This document shows, piece by piece, positions 10,566 to 18,269 of a stretch of DNA of 26,713 nt. Under the pieces are notes generated by a model that had not been told where the DNA came from, searched no databases, and saw only the letters and a list, made by a program, of their open reading frames with translations. The translations under genes and the position numbers were made by a program. The DNA is from a virus. Lineage: Duplodnaviria > Caudoviricetes. How positions within the stretch are numbered: position 1 is the first letter of the stretch; every line of letters begins with the position of its first letter. The stretch is from the IMG/VR virus record IMGVR_UViG_3300044267_000635, positions 1 through 26,713 of that record. The stretch is one strand, 5' to 3'.

Positions 10566-11041
10566 TTATCTTCCTCAAAATTATATTCATAAAATGTAGC
10601 TGGTCTTTTCCATTTTTTGCTATTTTTTACCCAATGCCATTGTCCATGTCTGCCAACTCCCTCTAGTCCATGACAATTACTTTCTTTAGCAAAGTTAATC
10701 ATTAATTGTATTCCTTTCTCTGCCCATTCTTGCATTTTCCTTCCAGCTGTATGTTCTAGGCATAGCATCTTTTTGCCAGTTGGATAATTATTAAATAAAG
10801 TTATTTGTACGCCAGTTATCTCAAGATTACCGCTATCAAAAACAATCCATAAATTAGTTTCATTATTTATTAATTCATAATAAATAGTTTCTATATTAGT
10901 TCTTCCATTAGAACGATTAGCAGATTTTTTTAATAATTTTTCTACTTTGTCCCAAATTAAAGGAACTTGATCTGTAGGAACTAATGATATTTCATAAATA
11001 CCAGAAGCTTGTTTATCTTGATCTACTGCGGGTTGATTCAT
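10562..11041 (-). CDS. Putative virion assembly protein, GNAT-like (P22 gp14 / T7 gp13 position)
   Basis: 159 aa alpha/beta; LWIVFD, YPxGKKMLCLEHTAG, FAKESNCHGLEGVGRHGQW; immediately upstream of the ejection genes. Confidence 0.55.
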   Translation of the reverse strand: MNQPAVDQDKQASGIYEISLVPTDQVPLIWDKVEKLLKKSANRSNGRTNIETIYYELINNETNLWIVFDSGNLEITGVQITLFNNYPTGKKMLCLEHTAGRKMQEWAEKGIQLMINFAKESNCHGLEGVGRHGQWHWVKNSKKWKRPATFYEYNFEEDK

Positions 11042-14000
11042 GCTGGCATTATTTTATTTAAGTTAATTGCAGGTGGTTGTGTTCTTCCACCAGTCTTAGC
11101 TTCTCTAACTCTGTCCATCATTTCATAAAGCCTGTTAGAACCAGCATCTGAACTACCATCTCCTAAAGCTGAAACAACATCAGCTGGGACAATAAATTCA
11201 TCCTGTGATACGGCTATCTTTTCATCAGCACCTATCATTCCAGGTATATCATCAGCCATTCCACTGTTGCCAAATCCTTCAATCTGTCCTTCTGTTTGAA
11301 CATCTTGATTTGTTAAAGACCTAAGAACATAGTCTCTAAGTTGTGCAAATGTTTCAGCGCCATATTTAGCAACAAAAGCATCAACTGAATCTTGGTTACT
11401 TGATTCGCCTGTTATAAAAAGAACAACCTCTTGAGTAAGAGGGTCTTGCATTATATCTGTTGATCCGCCTTCTTGAAATTTAGTTCTTCCACCTTCTTTC
11501 AATCCGCCAGGTCCACTACCTATTTTCCCACGCCTTAATCCTTTTAATCTTTCTTCATCAATAGACATGAAATCATCTCTACTCATAGGACCAGGTGGTG
11601 TTATTACTGGTGGCTCTATAATAGAAGGAGCTTGAAGTGGTGGAGGACTAGCTATTTGCCCCATATCAAGTTCATCAATAGACATAAAGTTATCTCTGCT
11701 CATAGGACCAGGTGGTGTCATACCAGATAAAGCAGGAGCTTCATCTATTGATTGAGCCGACATTAAAGGCTCTGCAATCATAGGCTCTAAAGTAGGAATC
11801 ATAGGCATTTCAACTCTTGAACCAGGTCCATCTTCATAATCAGAAGGGAGAGGTCTTGGATCAAGAATATCACCAGGAACAAAAGTATTTATTCCTACAT
11901 CTTTAGCAGGCATAAAGTCTGATTCGCCTAATGTTTCTAAGAAATCTCTATTTTGATCGCCTAGTTCTGGGCTTAGTCTGCTATCCATTCTATCACCTGG
12001 ACCATCTCCATAATCATTTTGTTGAGCTGCTAGTGCTCTTTGTCGTATGGTGTTGAAAAAACCTCCTGGCTCTGGGACGTTAATATTAGGAAAACCAGGA
12101 AAACCAGGTGGCAAAATAGGAGGAATTACTGGATCAGTAATTGGTGTTTGTGTGGGTCCTTCACCTGGATAATTTTTATATCCAGTTTCTATTAATCCTT
12201 GTGGAGCTGGTCCTGTATAAGCAGCGTATGGGTCTATAGCCTGTTGTGGTGCTATAGCCATTCCTGTCATGTTATATCCGCCTTTACTTCCAGTATAAGG
12301 ATCATCTAATCTAGGAGGACCTCCTACTACAGCAGCTGATGCAGGTTGATTTATTGTATTTGGTTGAAAATACATTGTTTCTGGTTGAAAACCAGCCATA
12401 AAATCTGGATTAACTTCATAAGTTTTTCTTGCTGGCGTAAACCTTTGAGCATCTCCACCACCAAAACCTACATCTTCGTCTATTTCTCGTCTTGCTCCTT
12501 TAAGCAAACCACCTAGATTATATCCAGTTCTACCGCCTCCATTCATTCCAGCAGATAATAGATTGGCATCCATCATAATTGATTCATCTAAGTTAGTTGG
12601 ACCTCCACCTGCTGAATAAAGAATTGGCTCTTGATAATCTAAATAAAGCTGTCTTTTTCTTTCTTTTTCCTGTCTTTCTCTTTCTGCCATTTGTTGCTCA
12701 AATAGTTCTTGAGATTCCATAATCGCAGTTGGACCCATGCCTCCTGCTATTCCTGCCAAAGCTGCTGGTTGAGATAAACCTGTGGCTAAATTACCCATGC
12801 TAGTTCCAAATGAAGGAGCAGCTTGCTCCATACCTACTTGTAATAAATCAGGAGCTGCTCCTGCTGTAGTTTCACTTATAGCACTAGGATTAAATACTGA
12901 TTTTAAATTTTGCCAGGGAGTTGCTGCTGTAGCTGCCGTTAATGCTTCGCCACCAGCTTGTGTGGCTGCACTTTGTATTGCTTCTTGCGTACCAGCCTGT
13001 CCAAGCGTTCCTGCTTGCGTAGCTGCTTGCGTAGCTGCATCACTTGCTGCTGATGCTCCTGCTGCTCCTGCTGCGCCTTGCAGTGCAGAACCAATACCAT
13101 AACCAGTTAAACCAGCTAACATACCTTTCTTTATGTCTCCTGTAGCTGCCCATTGCGCTAGACCTGAACCTAATGCACTTGCTGTTAAACCACCCAGGCT
13201 ACTAAATAATGTTGGTCCTAACATAGAACCTATTATTGGTGCTAAGAAAGGCAAGAAAGCTTCTGGCTGTCCTGTCTGTGGATTTACTGTTAATGGCATA
13301 ACTTGTGATAACCCTCGCACTTCGGCAGGATTAACGTGCATCAGCATAGAATCGCCATATCTACCTTGTGCTGCTACATTATTTGCTTGTTGTTGTAGGT
13401 TCATTTGACCTCCTTTATTAAAACCTTTTGCATATTCTGGACCATAAACTTCTGACAAGATTCCTTTTAATCTAGGATCATATTGGTACCCTTGTAATTC
13501 TGGTGTAGGTCCATAAGTAGGCTCTCTAGTAACAAATTGTTGTGTTTGTTGATTATAAAATCTTCCTTCTGGTCCTGATAAATATCCTGCCAAACCTTCC
13601 ATATCTCTATAATTATCTAGCCTATCTACAGTTCTTGTTGATTCCTTAAATCCTTCATTTTCTCCAGATTTAGTAGTTACATCGTAATATCTATCTATAT
13701 CTAAAGGCACATCTCTATAACCCGTTTGTTTACCTAAATATTCTGGAACCTGTGGATTAAATCCTACACCTGACTGCATATTTAATTCTCTGAGCATATA
13801 ATCTGATAAAGACTCAGAGTGAGTCACATCTTTAAAATTTTTGCTTCTTTTGTTCGTATCAGAATTAACGTATTCTTCTGTTTCTAAATCTAAATAAATA
13901 GAACCTCTAATCGGTAATGTTGGGGCAACATCATTATAAACTTCCTTTCTTATTGTTTCTGGCAATCTATCTTTAAAAAGTATTCTTCTTTGTTCTGCTA

Positions 14001-14730
14001 TATATGAAGCATATTCATCTGCATCCATATTTAATTTTTTTTCTTCAATATCTTCTTGATACTTTTGAAGTTTATCTTCTGGTAATCCTTTTAATAAATT
14101 ATAGGATTTAACATCCCCTCTACCAAATGCAGAAGCTTCTATTAAAAGCTTTTTATCTGCTTCATTAATATCATCACTTCTCATTAAAGAATCTAAATAC
14201 TTTATTCCTGAAAGTTCATATTTTCTTATTAAAGGATTTTCATTAGTTAAATCTTCATAAGCATCTTTTGCTCTGCCATAAAAATCTAATATAGAAAATG
14301 AATCTGGACCTTGAGCAATCCAAGCAGCCAATTCATTCAAATCTTTTTGTTTTAATTTTTCTTCTGCCACTTTATATCCCTCTTGTTTTTTAACTAAAAA
14401 ATTCAATAGATGTTGCTTAACATCATATTCTCCAATTAAAGGTGCATTGTATTGAGAAGCAACATCATCTAATGAAGTATTCCCTAATAAGACTTTTAAC
14501 TTCATTCCTTTAGGCTTATCGCTTACTGAAAATCTTTTTAATTGCGTTGCACTAGATATTCCAAGAGGATCGAAGTCTTTTGATCGATATTCTTTTTTAT
14601 TTCTAGCAGCATCTACAATTTTTTGAAAGTTTTCTGATAGCGAAAGATCAGCATCAAATTCCCTTTCAAATATACTTTGATTCAACTCTTCTGCCCATTC
14701 TGCTTTTGAATTTGGATTCGCTTTTTCCAT
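11038..14730 (-). CDS. Large virion / ejection-associated protein (bipartite; possible internal start at 13404)
   Basis: 1230 aa; from M443 GRYGDSMLMHVNPAE..TVNPQTGQPEAF and a G/A-rich hydrophobic stretch; C-terminal EG.G.G..DDIP..VSQDEFIVPADVVSALGDGSSDAG domain seen in phage virion proteins. Confidence 0.65.
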   Translation of the reverse strand: MEKANPNSKAEWAEELNQSIFEREFDADLSLSENFQKIVDAARNKKEYRSKDFDPLGISSATQLKRFSVSDKPKGMKLKVLLGNTSLDDVASQYNAPLIGEYDVKQHLLNFLVKKQEGYKVAEEKLKQKDLNELAAWIAQGPDSFSILDFYGRAKDAYEDLTNENPLIRKYELSGIKYLDSLMRSDDINEADKKLLIEASAFGRGDVKSYNLLKGLPEDKLQKYQEDIEEKKLNMDADEYASYIAEQRRILFKDRLPETIRKEVYNDVAPTLPIRGSIYLDLETEEYVNSDTNKRSKNFKDVTHSESLSDYMLRELNMQSGVGFNPQVPEYLGKQTGYRDVPLDIDRYYDVTTKSGENEGFKESTRTVDRLDNYRDMEGLAGYLSGPEGRFYNQQTQQFVTREPTYGPTPELQGYQYDPRLKGILSEVYGPEYAKGFNKGGQMNLQQQANNVAAQGRYGDSMLMHVNPAEVRGLSQVMPLTVNPQTGQPEAFLPFLAPIIGSMLGPTLFSSLGGLTASALGSGLAQWAATGDIKKGMLAGLTGYGIGSALQGAAGAAGASAASDAATQAATQAGTLGQAGTQEAIQSAATQAGGEALTAATAATPWQNLKSVFNPSAISETTAGAAPDLLQVGMEQAAPSFGTSMGNLATGLSQPAALAGIAGGMGPTAIMESQELFEQQMAERERQEKERKRQLYLDYQEPILYSAGGGPTNLDESIMMDANLLSAGMNGGGRTGYNLGGLLKGARREIDEDVGFGGGDAQRFTPARKTYEVNPDFMAGFQPETMYFQPNTINQPASAAVVGGPPRLDDPYTGSKGGYNMTGMAIAPQQAIDPYAAYTGPAPQGLIETGYKNYPGEGPTQTPITDPVIPPILPPGFPGFPNINVPEPGGFFNTIRQRALAAQQNDYGDGPGDRMDSRLSPELGDQNRDFLETLGESDFMPAKDVGINTFVPGDILDPRPLPSDYEDGPGSRVEMPMIPTLEPMIAEPLMSAQSIDEAPALSGMTPPGPMSRDNFMSIDELDMGQIASPPPLQAPSIIEPPVITPPGPMSRDDFMSIDEERLKGLRRGKIGSGPGGLKEGGRTKFQEGGSTDIMQDPLTQEVVLFITGESSNQDSVDAFVAKYGAETFAQLRDYVLRSLTNQDVQTEGQIEGFGNSGMADDIPGMIGADEKIAVSQDEFIVPADVVSALGDGSSDAGSNRLYEMMDRVREAKTGGRTQPPAINLNKIMPA
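11554..11718 (-). repeat. 48-bp direct repeat pair (TPPGPMSRD[N/D]FMSIDE x2)
   Basis: 11554-11601 vs 11671-11718, 44/48 identical, in-frame offset of 117 nt. Confidence 0.9.
13408..13416 (-). promoter_or_regulatory. Candidate internal ribosome-binding site AAAGGAGGT before in-frame ATG at 13404
   Basis: Minus strand reads TAATAAAGGAGGTCAAATGAACCTA; strong SD match but short spacing. Confidence 0.5.
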
Positions 14731-15068
14731 TATCTATCCTCTTTCGTTTCACATCCAAATACATTAAAGCTCATATCTACTGCACTGGTATAAACTTTTA
14801 GTACATCTGCTTGGTTTAAAGTAATTCCAATAACTATTGCAAGCGAATCATTAGCTGCTACTGATTTATCATAGTAAAGATATTGTTTATCATCGGCACT
14901 AGCGCCTGCCACATGAACACTTAACCTAAATGTTATTGCAGAACCTGTTCTATTTGCTGCAACTATTGAACTTATAGTAGTCTGAGTCATATCAGGTACT
15001 GTATATAAAGTAGTTACTGTTGTTGCAGCAGCATCAACTTGACCTAAAACCTTTAAAGTATCAGCCAT
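14730..15068 (-). CDS. Small beta-rich virion structural protein
   Basis: 112 aa; TTLYTVP..T.ISSIV.AN..ITLNQADVLKV..FNVFG pattern common in phage tail-region proteins; coupled to both neighbours. Confidence 0.6.
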   Translation of the reverse strand: MADTLKVLGQVDAAATTVTTLYTVPDMTQTTISSIVAANRTGSAITFRLSVHVAGASADDKQYLYYDKSVAANDSLAIVIGITLNQADVLKVYTSAVDMSFNVFGCETKEDR

Positions 15069-15264
15069 GTTTAGCGCCCATTAATAAAAATTGATGTCTT
15101 TTCATTGCTTTAGATGTCATTGTATCTTGCAATCTTTGAACTCTTGTAATTTTTACATTCAAATCTTCAATAGTTTGTTCTAAAATTCTTCTAGTTACTG
15201 CTTCATCATCACTGTTATATTCAGGATTTGGTGTTGGTAATGCTAGCGTTTTAATATCAGCCAT
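15061..15264 (-). CDS. Small virion-associated hypothetical protein
   Basis: 67 aa; LPTPNPEY..RRILEQ followed by a coiled coil; TAATG coupling directly downstream of the tail hub gene. Confidence 0.6.
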   Translation of the reverse strand: MADIKTLALPTPNPEYNSDDEAVTRRILEQTIEDLNVKITRVQRLQDTMTSKAMKRHQFLLMGAKHG

Positions 15265-17129
15265 TATCTTTTTCCGTCAGGTCTCATTTCTAATCTTAAA
15301 TCTCCAATACGCCAACCATAATATGTACCAGTATTTGATATTCTAATAGCAGCGTGTCGGCTTCTTGCTCTTGTATTACTAAATGTTGACTCAGGAGTTA
15401 CATTTATTGTTTGCAAAGTAGAAAGGCTTTCAAGTGGATAATTTCTGCCTTTTATTGTGTAAGTTACTGTATCGTTTGTACTATATTGATCTCTAAATTC
15501 TACGTCAGGTATTAACTTAGAGATAAACATAAATCTTTCTCCATCTGGATTAAGATCAAAATCACTTGATTCTATGTATGCTGTAAATTCACTGCCATCG
15601 TTTGAATGACCAACTTCTTGATTGTAAAGATAATTAGTATTACTGCCTGATGTTTTCCCTGCTGCAATAGGATAATCTATAGTTGGTGCTTCTATCCAAG
15701 CAGTTCTAGTAAATCCATCATTTGTTGTTCCTATAGACCAAGCATTTTCTAAATAATTATAAGAAACATAACGATCAATTTCTGTACTATCCTTTGAAGG
15801 ATAAAACCAAATTACTTCGTTAGCGCTTTCTATTGAAGCTCCAAAACATTTGAATTGCTGGTTTAAGTTTAAATCTGAAAAAACATAATCTAATACAGTA
15901 CAAGGTAGCCTTTGTGCAGAACCAGAATAAACATAGAAACCACCTCTATCCATAAAATAAACTCTATTATTAGCTATAACTGCTGCATTAGGAGCTATTA
16001 ATGAAGGACCAGAAGCTATTTCTGTAAAAGAAAATATAAATGGTTCCCCTACAAATCTCATTGACATTAATCCTTGATCTGTCCAAATTAATATTTCTTG
16101 TCTAGTTTGTAGGGCACTAATAATTGTTGTGCCTTGTGATAATAGAACGCCACCAGCCTGATTTGTAGAAGTTGGTGTCCAATCAATAGAGCTTTCAGTA
16201 TCAGACCAACGTACTAAAGTAGGATTAATAGAAGTCTCTCCTATAGCATTAGCACCAAAACAGATAATATGCCTATCTACATCAGATACCATTACTTGTA
16301 ATGCTAAAGTTGGTGTATCGCTTGCACCAGAAAGAGATGACATGGCTACTGCTCTAGTTGATGTTCCAGAGCTTTCATCCCAATAATATATTCCTCCTCC
16401 TCTTACGGAGGCTATAAGGTCATCGCCAAAATTATCTTGAGACCAAAGCCTTAACTGACCAGCAGCAGAAATAGATGAAGCTGAACCCCATGTTCCAGCG
16501 CCCCACGTTTCTGCTCCCCAACCTGTTCCTTTTACATATACATCTAAACCAGTATTTATTTCATAAGTTCCATCAACAGCAGAACCTCCATTACCAGAAT
16601 CACTTGCATTAGCTGTTACTGTTGTACCGCTTGTATCTTTTGCTGTAATTTCATAAGTATTTGTAGTTAATACTTTATCTATTGTATATTCCTGATTTAA
16701 TACATCAGCAGTAACATTTCCTCCTAGAGAAACAGCTTGTGCAAAAGTTACTGTATCTCCTGTAACTGCTCCATGTGATGAATCAGTAGCAACTACAGTA
16801 GAAGAACCATTAGTGGCTGCAAAAGTTATACTATTTGTAGATGTTTTTCTAATTGGAGTAACATTTGCAAATTCATTTCCTTCTTTTACATATAGTTTTA
16901 AATGGGTTCCTACTCCAATGTAATCAGTACGACCTTGATCCCTATATGAATAAAGACTTCTACAGGTTCCTAAAAAAGTATTAACAGTATTTTTTTCCCA
17001 GCCAGCCATTCTTTCAGGCTTGCCTTTTCTAAATCTTACTTTATCAGCACTATACCAACCACCTTCGTTGCTATAATTAGTGCCTTCTCGATTGATTCCA
17101 GGTCTAAATATATATTTAGCTAATGGCAT
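15264..17129 (-). CDS. Tail hub / tubular (DNA stabilization, P22 gp10-like) protein with an FCCH-like insertion
   Basis: 621 aa, beta-propeller-like composition (WSQDNFGDDL, VRWSD, VYFMDRGGFYVYSG, NEVIWFYP, YNYLENAWSIG); insertion SSTVVATDSSHGAVTGDTVTF..NQEYTI..TNTYEI; position upstream of the ejection genes. Confidence 0.7.
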   Translation of the reverse strand: MPLAKYIFRPGINREGTNYSNEGGWYSADKVRFRKGKPERMAGWEKNTVNTFLGTCRSLYSYRDQGRTDYIGVGTHLKLYVKEGNEFANVTPIRKTSTNSITFAATNGSSTVVATDSSHGAVTGDTVTFAQAVSLGGNVTADVLNQEYTIDKVLTTNTYEITAKDTSGTTVTANASDSGNGGSAVDGTYEINTGLDVYVKGTGWGAETWGAGTWGSASSISAAGQLRLWSQDNFGDDLIASVRGGGIYYWDESSGTSTRAVAMSSLSGASDTPTLALQVMVSDVDRHIICFGANAIGETSINPTLVRWSDTESSIDWTPTSTNQAGGVLLSQGTTIISALQTRQEILIWTDQGLMSMRFVGEPFIFSFTEIASGPSLIAPNAAVIANNRVYFMDRGGFYVYSGSAQRLPCTVLDYVFSDLNLNQQFKCFGASIESANEVIWFYPSKDSTEIDRYVSYNYLENAWSIGTTNDGFTRTAWIEAPTIDYPIAAGKTSGSNTNYLYNQEVGHSNDGSEFTAYIESSDFDLNPDGERFMFISKLIPDVEFRDQYSTNDTVTYTIKGRNYPLESLSTLQTINVTPESTFSNTRARSRHAAIRISNTGTYYGWRIGDLRLEMRPDGKR

Positions 17130-17130
17130 A

Positions 17131-17574
17131 TTAGACCTCGTACCATTCCTTATCTTGAAAAAGTAAAGCTTCTGCCTCCCTTCTCCTTGTTAATCCTTCT
17201 AATACTTTTCCTCCCGCTTTATTCCATCTCTTTATTTGAAATGGAACTTCATCATAATCGCCTTCATTTAAAACTTTTAATAAAGTAGAACTTGATAAAT
17301 TTGTTGGTCCTAAGTTATAAACCCATGAAACTAGCGCATCAAATTGACATTGTTCAAGTGATACTTCTACCATATCATTTATATAACCTTCATATTCAGG
17401 CATTTCTTCTTCTAATAAATTTTCAGCTTCATCTTGATTAATTTTATCGCCTTGTTTGACATCTTTAGTGTGACCATATCCTATAGTCCAAACTCCTACT
17501 GAATCTTGATATGCTTCTAACTCACAACCTTCAAACTTCTTGATTAATGAAGTTCCTTCTACAGATATATTCAT
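17131..17574 (-). CDS. Endolysin, GH24 phage lysozyme
   Basis: LIKKFEGCELEAYQDSVGVWTIGYGHT has the E-x8-D-x5-T triad; QFDALVSWVYNLG, RWNKAGG..GLTRRREAE. Start reassigned from 17646 to ATG 17574 (GAGGGAG upstream, just after the o-spanin stop); no SAR or signal sequence. Confidence 0.95.
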   Translation of the reverse strand: MNISVEGTSLIKKFEGCELEAYQDSVGVWTIGYGHTKDVKQGDKINQDEAENLLEEEMPEYEGYINDMVEVSLEQCQFDALVSWVYNLGPTNLSSSTLLKVLNEGDYDEVPFQIKRWNKAGGKVLEGLTRRREAEALLFQDKEWYEV

Positions 17575-17578
17575 ATTA

Positions 17579-17956
17579 TTATTCTCCCTCAACAGTATTG
17601 TTTGTAGTAACTTTTCTATAATAAACAACCACTTCTTTAAGCTCACCTATATACCTCTTTAATTCTTGCATATTGTATGCCATTAACTCATAGTCAGGTA
17701 TGGACATAGCTACAAAAACAACCTGTCCATGTTCTTTTTCTACTCTTTGTAAAAATTCTTCTATATTTTCTTGAGAAACAACGTACCAATAAGGCTCTTT
17801 TAAATCTATTTCTCTTGGCAGAATAGGCTGAACGATATTTCGTTCTATAGGTTTTGTTATTATTTCAACTTCTTTATTCGGTATTAGGCTGCAACTGCAA
17901 GCCATCATCGAGATCGTCAATATTCCTACTAACTTCTTCGATGCTTTCAAATACAT
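17579..17956 (-). CDS. Putative o-spanin (Rz1-like lipoprotein)
   Basis: MYLKASKKLVGILTISMMACSC is a lipoprotein-like signal with Cys, then a Pro-rich segment; overlaps the 3' end of the i-spanin gene and precedes the endolysin; alternative start at 17968. Confidence 0.7.
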   Translation of the reverse strand: MYLKASKKLVGILTISMMACSCSLIPNKEVEIITKPIERNIVQPILPREIDLKEPYWYVVSQENIEEFLQRVEKEHGQVVFVAMSIPDYELMAYNMQELKRYIGELKEVVVYYRKVTTNNTVEGE

Positions 17957-18269
17957 TTTTTGTTCCATTATTTACTCTCGGTTCTAATAGACCAGGTTTT
18001 GCTGCTGCCAGCTTAGTTAAATCATGTCTTTTAAAAATATCCAAATACCTATTCATTTCAGCTTCTATTTCTTGATTTCTACTTTGTATTTGTAGCAATC
18101 CTTCTGTTTGCAATTTGAAATCATTTTGCAAAGATTCAATAGCAAGCTTTTGTTCGGCATCTCTTAATTCGTAAGCCTTATTTAACTCAGCTAAACTTTT
18201 ATTCTGATAATAAAGAAATCCGCTTATCAGAACTAAAACTCCAACTACGCCCATTAATATTTTACTCAT
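17874..18269 (-). CDS. Putative i-spanin (Rz-like)
   Basis: 131 aa; one N-terminal TM helix then a long coiled coil; LAAAKPGLLEPRVN; overlapped by a lipoprotein gene in another frame. Confidence 0.72.
   Translation of the reverse strand: MSKILMGVVGVLVLISGFLYYQNKSLAELNKAYELRDAEQKLAIESLQNDFKLQTEGLLQIQSRNQEIEAEMNRYLDIFKRHDLTKLAAAKPGLLEPRVNNGTKNVFESIEEVSRNIDDLDDGLQLQPNTE

Noticed and set aside
8179-13408. Antisense or alternate-frame ORFs within the ejection genes (e.g. 8179-8685, 9404-9724, 10112-10306, 12782-13102)
   Set aside because: Explained by repetitive Ala/Gln/Gly codons leaving other frames open; no protein-family features
17575-17646. N-terminal extension of the endolysin (MSLKKWLFIIEKLLQTILLREN) as a possible SAR or signal sequence
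   Set aside because: It overlaps the o-spanin gene and is not G/A-rich like a SAR domain; a better ATG with RBS lies at 17574, where the GH24 domain begins
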